From Azolla caroliniana (Eukaryota > Plantae > Polypodiophyta): a stretch of DNA of 64,000 bases. The DNA is taken from NCBI GenBank assembly GCA_043228905.1, contig JBHGNT010000013.1, positions 4,588,001 through 4,652,000 of the forward strand, given 5' to 3'. The notes under the pieces were generated by a model. That model saw nothing but the letters and a program-made list of their open reading frames with translations. It was not told the DNA's origin and made no database searches. Shown here piece after piece: positions 1 to 11,777 of this stretch (the first letter of the stretch is position 1; each line of letters begins with the position of its first letter). Position numbers and translations under genes: made by a program.

Positions 1-672
1 GTTCGGGCCAAGAAGTGCCAACAGTTGAAGACTAGGAGGAGCCAACTGTTCGGGTCGAGTACCGATGGCTGAAGAGTCGATTGCGAGAATCGACTGGGTG
101 AGTCAAAAGAAAGCAGATCTAGGTCGAAGTCACGACCGACTAGTTGGGCCGACCGAATGGTCGATGACCAGGTCGACTAGTCGGACCGACTGGACAGTCG
201 ACACTAGAGTCAACTGATGGCTACTTATTATTATAGATAATAATAGTGGTGATGCATAGTAAGGGCTACATTTGTAAATAACTAATATTTTGTATTAGTA
301 TAAATACACCGAGGGCTAACAATGTATTACGGAGACATAGAGTAAATAGAGTGTGTTGTCGTGGAGCACGTAAGTCAAGAGAAGTGAGAGAAGAGACAGA
401 GAGAGACGGGCGCCATAGTTGTATTAGTAACAACAGACGCCAAGAGCCCTATGAGGGCTGATACACTCCGCACACAGAGTGTTGTACTCTGGTCTCTCCA
501 TTGTATATCCATTGTGTATCCATTGTATAGTGAAGTTTTGTTCTCCGTGGTTTTCTCCCGTTACAGGGTTTCCACATTAAATCTGTGTACACTGTTTGTT
601 TTTTTCTGTGTTTCCGAGTTGTGTATTTCAGCATATTCCTTTTCTTGTGAATTAATGATTCGTTTCTCAACA
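1..672 (+). mobile_element. Ty1/copia LTR (5' end outside window; 3' LTR or solo LTR)
   Basis: Similar to LTRs at 11778-12370 and 44220-44776 (ggaggagccractgttc, tttgtaaata, tataaatac, ccgtggttttctcccg, ends ...tttctcaACA at 672). No PBS follows. Confidence 0.85.
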
Positions 673-764
673 TATACTAAATTTAATGCAGATGGAATTA
701 GAGTAGCGTCATAAGAAGGCATTCGTCGACTGACACCAGAAAGGTGACGAGGAGTTCGGAATTC

Positions 765-878
765 GGCAACCCAGTTTTGGTTTTTCAAACACAGATGGGG
801 AGCATGTCGGGAAAGCTCTAATTTCGGTGGATGGAACCCTATTGGATCACAAAGGAATTTAAGAAATCATATCAATTT
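765..878 (+). pseudogene. Ty3/gypsy integrase C-terminal GPY/F module remnant
   Basis: Manual translation GNPVLVFQTQMGSMSGKL*FRWMEPYWITKEFKKSYQF resembles the G-D-x-V-L...GKL..RW.GPY.I motif. Confidence 0.65.
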
Positions 879-879
879 C

Positions 880-3555
880 ATGGCCTAAGTTTGCTTGAAT
901 GGCCAATAGTTCCCTAGCCCTTTCCAATTCTTCCTCCAAAAATTTAATGCGGCTTTGGGCCTCCTCCAACTGATCGGTCGCTGCCGTCAATTGCTCTGTC
1001 TATGTGGGTCTGCTAAACAATTCCTTGTGTTCTCCTTCCACCCGATCAGCCACTTAGGTAACCTATGTTCCCAGCCATTCGAGCAATTGCAGGCAAGTCT
1101 CGTATTGTGTGAGTACAACAAACTATTGCACCGCCTCCAGCATGTCTCTTTGCTCCATATTCTCCCGCAAACTCTATGCACTGGTTCTTCTTTTGTTACC
1201 GGTTCTAGTTCCGGTCTTTCTTGGTTCTTCGGTCGATGCTTCAACTCATTCATCAGTTGTTTATTATGATCCGGTTGTGTTGCTCCCTCTGGCTCTAGTT
1301 ATGGTTGAACTGTCTCAACCATTTCTCGTCGTAGTGATTCTGCATGCTCCTCGGGCCTCGGTTCCACTACCGCTGAGCAGGTGATCAATGTACTATCCAT
1401 TTCTAGACCCGATCCATTCCCATGCTGCTCATCGTGATGTTTTCTAGGGATCTCTGAAGGATTTCTTCTTCTTTTGCCAGCTCCTCCTCCTCTAGGTCTC
1501 CTGGTGTGTTGTCTCTACCTGTTCCGACTTCTCGTGCTCGCTATCTTTCCTTCTCAGCTTAATCTGAATGGGTTTCGCCGGCCTAGTAGGTTCTTCTCTC
1601 CTTGGTTCTGGCATCGGTTTTGCTTGGCGGGATGCTTCTGCCGCCCATGGGGGGCTGTGGTTCGCAAGTAATTGCTACCGTTTGGATGAGGGTTGTGGCG
1701 TCCTTTCCGCTTGTGCCCGCTTCTTCAGTTTAATGGTGCATTGTGGCGGCGTGAAGATTGTTTGCCACTGTGTTACTCCGGTCCACACTTTCTTCCCGTC
1801 TGCCACCATGATTATGGCTATTTGCAGGGAGTGTGCTACAATCAATGGCCAATCCAAACACGCTATGATGAAGCCCGCTCGGTTCTTCGGCATGGTGAGT
1901 GGCCTGGGATGCACAAACTCGTATTCAAGCCGGATTCTGGCTATTTCCCAGAATACAACGTTCTCTTCTCCTTGCATCCGGTAAGATTTGCTTGCTATTG
2001 AGAACTCGCCTAAATACTCATCCAGGATGCCTGATGATGGGTTCTCAATCGACTAGAGTCCCCCGACGGAAGCTCGATTGTTGCCTACATTGTTGCTTCG
2101 AAGATGCTTTCAACATCGATCGTCTTCGCGACCTTCTCTGGTTCTTTATGTGGTTCCAGTTCAAATCCTTCGAGCCCATTCTGTTGTAGCCAGTCTTTCG
2201 ATTCTTCTGTAAGCGCCATCAATTTTGTGTTGTCTTCCGTGAGATTACCCCGGATAGGTGTTGGAGGTTCCTTACGACTGCTCCGAGTTGCTCGCTCTCT
2301 TTGTGCTCTTGAAAGTTTCCTATCTCGAAATGAGATTCCTTTTTGCTTCCGGTAACCTTGTTTGCCCATCTCGCTCTGAGCCCTCTGTCCATGCGTCGCT
2401 GCCTATTCTTGGGTAGTGTGTCCGCATGTCGTGGATAATTATGGTATGATTACGACGCATGGTGTGCATTAAGTATCTGCCTTACGTCACATCTTTCCAC
2501 TTTCTTTTCCATCATTGCCATTTGAAATCTCGTACTTCCCGTTGTTTTGTTTGTTTTTTTTCGACATTGATCCAACAGTTGAAGAAGGAAAAGGAGGCCA
2601 TGGAGGACAAGGTAAAAATGGGCATTAAGCACATCCGGATGATTATCAGAGACGGAAGGGAACGGATGAGAACGAAAGTAGATGACTGTTCCGCGGTAGT
2701 CGGGAATCGGTGGTCAAAGCAAGCGGCTGAGCTCCATATTCTCCGTGTTGATGCCGAAAATCGGAAGGAAGATGACGACAATTTCTATAAGATGGATGAA
2801 GAAAGTATAATCACCATTCGAGAGGAGTTGTCGGAGGACGTCTATGTGATCATGGCCGAAGTATAGATAGACATTGTCCGAAAATTGCTCGAAGAATTTG
2901 AAGATGAATAATTGTAGGCCACACTAGAGTTGGAAGCATATGAGCAGGAGCGAAGGCAGAAAGAAGTCGAGCAGAGACCCGAGCAGAGACCTGAACAGAT
3001 AGATATTAGTGCTGAAGACCAGCAGGTAGAGTTGGGGACCTCAACATAGCGACAACCGCATTTAGAGCTAGAGATGTAGAGGATGGAACAGACAAAGACA
3101 GAGAGAACGGAACCTGAGCCAGAGACACAAGCGAAGTAGTTGGAGATGCAGCAGCAAACGGGGAGTGAGGAAGAGTAACTGAAACCACTGGACCAAGGCA
3201 TCCTTTACATACTTCACGAGGAATGAAGGAGCTGACTTGTGGGTTCGACGTGCAATGCACTGTCCACCGGCGTGCCATGTGTTGGCCGAAGAAGAGTATG
3301 ATCCAGAGGTGGAGGTGTGAATCGGAGGCCGGGGAATAATAGATAATGATAGATTAGTTGTATTAGGAAGTGACGGATCCGGATAGTTGTATTAATCTAG
3401 ATCCGCACCGTTCTATAATCGGGTAGCTGAATGAGGCACCCTTTTGTAATCTTACCGGATGCCTATATAAAGGATCTGGATGGATTGTATGTACATGGAA
3501 GTAATGCAAGTCTAGCCTAGGAGTAACAAAGAGGAACCCTTATGTTGATCGTCTA
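880..3555. mobile_element. 3' region of a non-chromovirus gypsy-like element with degenerate extra ORFs and a probable LTR fragment
   Basis: Lies downstream of the GPY/F remnant. Broken antisense coding stretch (987-2369), charged sense ORF (2459-2866 continuing to ~3300), purine run near 3325-3338, then a TATA-containing segment (cctatataaagg ~3462). Confidence 0.45.
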
Positions 3556-4241
3556 TCAGTTTTGTAGCCTACCCAGTCGGCATCGGTGTACCCTTCTAGT
3601 CGAATTGGTGTGGTCAACTTGTAGAGGATGTCGTAATCCACGGTTCCACTCACATACCTTATGTAGCTCCTTCATGTCTTTCATTTCGAATCGACCTGAG
3701 AGAAGTTTTTTGATATGACTGATGTTGGCTAATTTCTCTCCTCCAATGACCAAATCATCAACATATATTAAAATCAGTATATGTCCTCTAGAGTCGCTCC
3801 GAATGAATAGAGAGTTGTCAGACTTCGACATTTTGAAGCCGATTTGGTAAAGATATTGGGTTATCTTCTAATGCCATGCTCTAGGGTGACTGCTTGAGAC
3901 CGTAGAGAGGCTTTTTGAGTCAAAAGATAACATTCAGATGCATACTGGACTTGAATCTGGGTGGTTGTACCATGTATACCCCCTGATCTAATTCTTCTTG
4001 GAGGAAGGTGTTCTTAACGTCCATTTGATGGAGGTGCCACACTTTTGCCGCTGCAAGCGCAATCACAGTTCAAATGGTAGTCATCTTTGCCACCAAGGCA
4101 AAGATCTCTTCGTAATCGACTCCGTGTGTCTGTGCATACCCTTTTGCCACAATTTGGGACTTGTACCAATTGACGGTGTAGTCAGCATTGTGCTTCACCT
4201 TGTATATCCACCGACATTCGATTGCCTTTTGGTGGGGTGAA

Positions 4242-4911
4242 TGTTAGGATTTCGGTCCCTCCAGATAGGATATGAGTACCTGGTAACGGAAGACCCGGTG
4301 TGAACTGGATGTTGAGTACCCGGCAACGGAAGACCAATATGAACCGGATGATGAGTACCCCGCAAGGAAGACCTGGTGAGAACCGGATGTTGCAGGCCCG
4401 ATGAGACCCTCTCACCGGATGAAGGGACATATATGTAAATATGTTCCAGAGAGCCCACTGGGGCTATATTTGTAAATAGCCCGAAATTCATATTAGTATA
4501 AATATGACCTAGGGTAAACCCTTGAGCGTGTGTGTATCATTGTGTAGTCATCAATTTGTATAGAGTTATTTTGTGTAATTGCTATACAAAGCGTAGCAGA
4601 AGCTAAGAGAGAGATAGAGAGAGACACAGTGTGTGTCTCTGTTGTAACCGCCGCCAGGCGAAGATTGAGAGCAAGAGGTCGTGGCCTCTGTGTTCATCTG
4701 TTGTATTCTTCTCTACATAGTGATAGTTGGAGTTTGGGGACTCCCGTGGTTTTTCCCGTTTTAGGGTTTTCCACGTTAACATCCAGTGCAAATCTCTTCT
4801 ATCTGTGTACCTACTTCCATTTCTCCATTTGTAATGTATTTGATTATCATTAAGTGATCTAAGTCTCGGTTGTGGGCCGTGGCCGAAGATTATCCCGCAT
4901 AGTTCCTGTCA
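4242..4911 (+). repeat. 5' LTR of copia A, with ~39-40 bp U3 tandem repeats
   Basis: Direct repeat of 8966-9628; repeated unit gaaccggatgNtgagtacccggcaacggaagacc at ~4272-4400. Confidence 0.95.
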
Positions 4912-4914
4912 ATC

Positions 4915-4926
4915 TGGTATTAGAGC
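4915..4926 (+). other. Primer binding site, tRNA-iMet
   Basis: tggtattagagc, one mismatch to TGGTATCAGAGC, 3 nt after the LTR. Confidence 0.9.
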
Positions 4927-4942
4927 GAAACGACACAGAAAA

Positions 4943-7900
4943 ATGGAAGATTCGTTGGGAGGTATGTTCAAGCTCACCGGCTCCAACTACTCAGTGTGGA
5001 AGTCGAAGATGAGGGACATTCTCGTGGTTAAAGATCTTTGGTTTCCGGTTCAATTAAGGGATTAGAGATCGGACAAGATCGATGGCACGATATGGGAGGT
5101 GATGCACATGAAGACAACGACATACATACGTTGCTTCATCCACATGAGCTTGTACAACAACTTTAATGAGGAGAGTAAGGCTCATGAGCTTTGGGAGGAG
5201 ATCGACATTATGTTCCAGAACAATAATGTTGTTAATTAGGTTTCGGTATTCCGGAAGCTAGTGCGGCTCCGGTACCAAGATGGCTCTAGAATGGTGGAGC
5301 ACATGAACGCCTTCCAGGGGCTGATTCACCAGGCAACATCGTTGGAAGTACCTCTCGCCGATGAGGAACTAGCATTACTCATGCTCGGTTCCCTCCTGGA
5401 TAGTTGGGAGACGTTAGTTGTCACTTTGGGCAATGTTGGGCCGGAAGGAAAACAATTGTCCCTAGCAAGAGTCAAGTCGAGCTTGCTAGATGAGGAGGCG
5501 TGTCGGAAAGACAATGATATGATCTCCGACTCCAAAGCGCTCCTTACCGAATCGGAACACAGAAGACAAAGGAACCGGAGTCCCTAGAACCGGCAAAAGT
5601 CGAGGACACGGTCAAAGTCAAGGGGAAGGCCCACTTGCTTTTACTGTGGGAAGCCGGGGCACTTCCAAAAGAACTATCGGCATTTCCGGAAAGACAAGGA
5701 AACCGATAATACCGATTCGAAGTGATCACGGGACCGGAACGGCAATGACCAGAGAGGACCGGACCGGAAGGAGTTGATGCTCATCACCGAGAAGAGTGAG
5801 TTGAACCTTGTCAGCGACGAGACAACATGGGTTTTCGATTCTAGAGCGTCGTTCCACTTGTCCCTAGACCGGAAATGCTTCTCATCCTACACAACCGGTG
5901 ATCACGGCTGTGTCCGAATGGGGAATGAAGGTACATCCCGAATTATCGGCATAGGAGACGTGTGGCTGATAACACCAACCGGATGCAAGTTGCTGCTGAA
6001 GGATATCCGACACGTTTCGGATGTTCGACTAAACCTGATATTAGTCGGTTGACTAGGTGATGAAGGCTACACGAGTAGCATCCAGAACAGTGTTATGAAG
6101 CTCAGCAAGGGGAGCCTGATAGTGGCTCGGGCCTAGAAGGTCAACACATTGTACCTGATGAATGCTTGGTTATGCTGGGAAGAAGTGAACGTGGCATCCG
6201 ACACTGCCGGTGAGCTGTGGCACAAGAGACTGTATCACATGAGCGAGAAGGGGATGAGAAGGCTTGCCAATGACAACCTCATTCCGGTGAAAGACGTGCA
6301 TCTTAAGAAGTGCACCGACTGCCTGGCCGGTAAGCAAAACTGGACCTCCTTCCGCTCAAGGCCACCGATGAGACGTAATGCACCACTGGAGTTGGTGCAT
6401 ACCGATGTGTGTCAAGTGGACACGAAGTCACATGCCGGATCGCAGTACCTCGTGATGTTCATAGATGACCACATCCGGAAACTGTGGCCCACACCGCTGA
6501 TGACGAAGGATCAGGTGTTATCCGTTTTCAAGGAGCTCCATGCAAGAGTGGAAAGAGAAACCGGCCGGAAACTGAAGGCGGTTCGAGCAGATAACGGAGG
6601 AGAATACCGGGGGCGGTTCGAGGAGTACTGCCGCTCGAAGGGAATCCGGCTTGAATTTACCGTGCCGAAGACACCGGAACTAAACGGGCTCGCCGAAAGG
6701 ATTAACTGGACCATAATGGAGAGGGTCCGGAGTATGCTAGCACATGCTAAGCTACCCAAGACATTTTGGGCTGAGGCGGTGTCGACAACGACCTATGTGA
6801 TAAACAGATCACCCTTAGTACCCTTGGACAAAGACACGCCGCAGAGAGTGTGGAACGGTAAGGAAGTGTCTTACGGGCATCTGAAGGTGTTCGGGTGTCT
6901 CACGTACGTGCATGTTGCTAAGGACCGGAGAGAAAAGTTTGATCCAAAGTCCCGACCTTGCATATTCCTCGGATACGGCGATGATGAGTTCGGCTACCGA
7001 GTGTGGGATCCGATCGACAAGAAGGTTTTCCGGAGTCAAGATATTATCTTCATGTAGGACAAGACCCTTGGCGACTGGGAGTCGGAGAAGAAGATAATGA
7101 ACTCCGAGCCGACCGATAAGGATCGGTTCGATGAGATTTGGACCTACCCGGCTAGGAGCCGGTTGACACTCGAAGAACTGGCAGGTTACGGTCAAGATAC
7201 CGAAACGGTAGAAGAAGGAGAGGAAGTTGAAACCGGAACCGGGCAACACCCCGAATCAGATTCGGATGAAGAACAGACACAGGAGCCGGTTACCGAAAAC
7301 TGAGAACGGAGATATCCTCTCCGTGAAAGAAGAGCCCCCCGAAGATTTTTGGATGGAGAGCATGTGCTGCTGACTCATGAGGGGGAGCCGGAAACCTTCG
7401 AAGAAGCGAAGGATGACACCCATAGCCGCAAGTGGTTGAGTGCCATGCAAGACAAGATGGATTCCCTACATGAGAAGCACACGTATGAATTGGTCGAGTT
7501 GCCGAAAGGAAAGAGGGCACTCCGAAACAAGTGCGTGTATAAGCTGAAACCGAGAGATGCCGGCAACCCCCCAAGGTACAAAGCCAGGATCGTGGTGAAG
7601 GGGTTCCAACAGAAGAAGGGAGTGGATTTCGACGAGATATTTGCCCCGGTAGTAAAGATGACTTCCATCCGGATGGTGCTAAGCATAACGGCGAGCATGG
7701 ACCTCGAGGTAGAGCAGTTAGACGTGAAGACGGCGTTCCTCCACAATGATCTCGAAGAGGAGATCTACATGCAGCAACCGGAGGGATTTGTGAAGAAAGG
7801 GAACGAGCACCTGGTTTGCCGGTTGAAGAAGAGCCTCTATGGTTTGAAGCAGGCTCCCCGACAACGGTACCGGAAGTTTGACTCCTTCATGACCGATCAA

Positions 7901-8956
7901 GGGTACCACAAGACGCAGGCCGATCACTGCGTATTTGTGAAGAAGTTTGAAGGTGGAGACTTCCTGATACTCCTCCTGTACGTGGACGACATGTTGATCT
8001 TCGGACGAGACCAAGTCAAGATACGGGCGTTGAAGAAGGCTCTCAATCGGACCTTCTCAATGAAAGACTTGGGTCCAGCAAGACAGATATTGGGGATGCA
8101 TATCAACCGGGACTGGTCAAAGAAGCAATTGTGGCTGTCACAGGAGAAGTACGTGACAAAGGTGCTTTAGCGGTTCAACATGTCAAATGCGAAACCGGTC
8201 GGATCGACACTCCCGGAAAATTGCAAGTTATCCGGTAAGCAAAGCCCGAAGATGAAGGTAGAGAAGACGGATATGATGAAGATACCATATGCTTCTGCTA
8301 TCGGGAGCTTAATGTATGCAATGGCGTGTACCCGACCGGATATCGGAGACGCAGTCGGAGTGGTGAGCTAGTTTATGAGCAATCCCAGGAAGGAACACTA
8401 GAACGCGGTAAAATGGATACTCTGATACTCGAAAGGCACCTCAAGTATGTGTCTCCGATTCAGCTCTGGGAAACCCCAACTTGGCGATTTCACCGATTCG
8501 GATATGTCGGCTGATGCGGATACCAGCCGGTCAACATCGGGGTATGTTATGACATATGCAGGGGGAACTATTTCGTGGCAGTCGAGGTTGTAGAAGACGG
8601 TTGCGTTGTCAACCACGGATGTGGAGTACATGGTGGCTGTGGAAGCCGGCAAGGAAATACTATGGATGAAGGACTTCATCGAAGAGCTAGGGATCCGGCA
8701 AGAGGAACACCGCTCTATTGCGATAGTCAAAGTGCCATCCACCTTGTGAAGAACGCAGCGTAGCATGCCAGGACGAAGCACATCCAGTGGAAGTACCACT
8801 GGATTTGGGAGCGAGTGGAAGATCGAGAGTTCGTGCTGACGAAGATCCACACAGAGGAGAATGGGTCAGATATGCTGACCAAGGTGCTGACACCCGACAA
8901 GCTGGACGCATGCCGGAAGCGGATCAGACTGACAACGCATCCCATGCCGGAGTGAA
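4943..8956 (+). pseudogene. copia gag-pol polyprotein with multiple nonsense mutations
   Basis: gag (5261-5587), CCHC knuckle ~5635-5685, protease WVFDSRAS, integrase LVHTDV/RADNGGEY (6149-7057), RT LYVDDML (7349-8170), RNase H to TGA at 8954-8956. Confidence 0.93.
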
Positions 8957-8965
8957 GGGGTAGTT

Positions 8966-9628
8966 TGTTAGGATTTCGGTCCCTCCGGATGGGATATGAG
9001 TACTCGACAATTGAAGACCTAGTGTGAACCGGATGTTGAGTACCCGACAACGGAAGAGCCGGTGTGAACCAGATGATGAATACCCCGCAAGGAAGACCTG
9101 GTGAGAACCGGATGTTGAAGGCCCGGGGAGACCCTCTCACTGGATGAAGGGACGTATATGTAAATATGTTCCAAAGAGCTCATTGGGGCTATATTTGTAA
9201 ATAGCCCGAAAGTCAAATTAGTATAAATATGACCTATGGCAAACCCTTGAGCGTGTGTGTATCATTGTGTAGTTATTATTTTGTATAGAGTTATTTTGTG
9301 TAACTGATGTACAAAGCGTAGCAGAAGCTAAGAGAGAGATAGAGAGAGACACAGTGTGTGTCTTTGTTGTAACCACCGTCAGGCGAAGATTGAGAGCAAA
9401 AGGTCATGGCCTCTGTGTTCATCTATTGTATTCCTCTCTACATAGTGATAGTTGGAGTTTGGGGACTCCCGTGGTTTTTCCCGTTTTCGGGTTTTCGACG
9501 TTAACATCCAATGCATTCTCTTCTATCTGTGTAGCTACTTCCATTTCTCCATTTGTATTGTGTTTGATTATCATTAAGTGATCTAAGTCTCGGTTGTGGC
9601 CGAAGATTATCCCGCATAGTTCTTGTCA
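8966..9628 (+). repeat. 3' LTR of copia A
   Basis: Preceded by PPT gaaggggtagtt; direct repeat of 4242-4911. Confidence 0.95.
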
Positions 9629-10585
9629 GTGAAGGGGGGACGAGATCACATGTCTCGTTCCTGGAGAATGCTTGCATCACTTCAACCCATCATGGGTCAT
9701 TACCAGCTTCGGAAAAATTTCCCGACTTCCGAAGTATTGCCACCTTTATCATAAAGACATAGTGATATGCCATGTAGTCATTGTAGCTGAGTTAGCTGAC
9801 TACATTCTTTACACGGGTGGACCGACGTGGTTGTTCACTTCGTTAATGTTTTCTCGACTCCTCCTGTCCTCATGATAGAAACATCCAATCCATTGTACTC
9901 ACTGTCTGGTGAGTGAGCCGATTCGTTTCCATCTGAGTCTTTGTACTCATGCATTTTGGCTCTGCCTTTGTCCAGTTTCGGACTTGGTCACGACATGCTT
10001 TGGTCGCTTGGGGGCTCGTGCGGTCCACTCAATCTAGTTGAGATTGGACTTTCCTCTGTTGTGAGCCATAGTCGATCATCCTCCTCTGAATTTATGTCGA
10101 AGTTTGTTCCTATCGGATCAGATGGAGTTGACTCGACCATGTACCAAGATGCCGATTCGTCAAATATGACATCTCTACTCACTTGAGTGAGTACCCTATG
10201 AGGATACATTTCTCCGACTTGGGATCATGCATTCATTAGATAGACGGCCATGTTCGCCGCTTCAGCCTAGTACGAATTTGGTAGATGTTTCTCATTCATC
10301 ATCAACCTTGCCACCTTGAGTATGTGTTGGTTCTTTCATTCGGCTATTCCGTTCTATTGAGGTGTTTGTCGGCAAGTGAACCCCCGCCGGATTCCTTCTT
10401 GTATGAAGGCTTTGGAGAAGTACTCTTTCCCGCCATTCGATCGAAGGCATCAGACGTACCGACTGGTTGCCTTTTCAACTTCGTTTTTGAATTTCTAGAA
10501 GTGGGAAAACACTTCGCACTTCTACCGCATAAGGAATATCTAGGTGTGCTTGGAGAAGTCATCGATGAACGTCACATAATACCAG

Positions 10586-11390
10586 TGTCGTGAAAATCCG
10601 TCAGTAAGTGTAGATCGTGAGGCAGAACCGCCGAGGTTCTGGACCCGAAGGATTTATGGCTTAATGCTTAATGCACTTTAAGCTTAAAGATGAGAGATTT
10701 CCCTCTAATAAGAGTAAATTGGTAGTATAAGAGATCTAATAATAGTTAATTAGATTTATGCATAAGCAAATCTTCGAGTAGGAGATTATGTGAGATTGAA
10801 TAATACTTAATTATTCTTATGAGCAAGAAGTCTTAGAGTAAGCAAGCATGAATAACACTTAATTTTACTTATACATAAGAAAAGTTTAAAGGAAGAGATC
10901 ATGAGAGAGGAAAGTTCATGGAAAGCTTTTTATTACTAAATCATCACTATAATGAATCTATTTTGTTACATGATTTTTTTTCTATCCCCGTTTAGGGTAT
11001 AAGAGTATGAGAGAGGAAACATAAATCTTTCCTTCTTCAAATCCCCTCCCCCTCTCTCTTAAAATAAGCTCTTATTTATAGGTTTAGGATTGCTTGCTTA
11101 CCTCCTTTCTTTCTTTTTCCCAAAAGTTTCTCTATATGAGTCGAGTTTCCTTTTTATCACTATTTCTGTTTAGGACATGCAAGCTACTCTTAGAAAGCTA
11201 TTTCTATATCCATCGCTAGCTTTTCTTTTCCTATCTTTTTCTCTATTTTTGTCTACTTTCGAAAACCGCTTCTAACTTTTTATCATTTCATTTATTACTA
11301 TAGTTGATTTAACAACATTAGTTTATTTGGACTACTATTTTATTCTCTTTTGAGGGTGGTTTCACACTATGTGTCAAAAACATCATGACA
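10586..11390 (-). mobile_element. Solo LTR, gypsy-type
   Basis: Termini TGTCGTGA...TCATGACA; interrupts the copia CRYYVTFID codons; flanks CCAG/CCGG; TATA on minus strand ~11070-11080; left end resembles the 24447 and 27340 LTR ends (tgtcgYgaaaat). Confidence 0.8.
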
Positions 11391-11777
11391 CCGGCAACCA
11401 CTGAATGTTGCCCTCTAAGATAGTCCCCACACATCTGAATGTATCAGATCCAGAGTCCCTTTACTCGCGTTTCTCTCCTTTGGGAACGATTGTCAATGTT
11501 GTTGACCAAATTTGCAGGCTTCACACACGCCTGCAATCTTCTTCTTGGTAAAGGACGGGAATTCAATGACGATTGCATTCCTTTCACCTTCTGGTGATTG
11601 ATGTGGCGTATCCTTTTGTGCCACATCTCCTTATCGGCATTGGCTCCATGGCCCTTGACAAACATTGTCGATTTCATCTCGTGAGAATCCTCCTCTCTTC
11701 AACCTTCTCTTTGACCACAAGCGATAATTCATCCTTCCTTTTCTATGAAGTATTCTTCGTTGTTGAATAGAACTTCA

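Larger units (their letters stand above)
4242..9628 (+). mobile_element. Full-length Ty1/copia LTR retrotransposon (copy A), inactivated by stops
   Basis: TG..CA LTRs 4242-4911 and 8966-9628; perfect TSD GTGAA (4237-4241 / 9629-9633); PBS and PPT present; gag-PR-INT-RT-RH order. Confidence 0.97.
3556..11777 (-). mobile_element. Degenerate Ty1/copia internal region (GAG-pre-integrase, integrase, RT), interrupted by two younger insertions
   Basis: RT IYVDDLVIGG..FEMKDM (3556-3831); integrase VSRDVIFDE (9988-10209) and CRYYVTFID across 10560-11400; WHKRIRHIN (11444-11677). Same family as 62187-63527. Confidence 0.85.
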
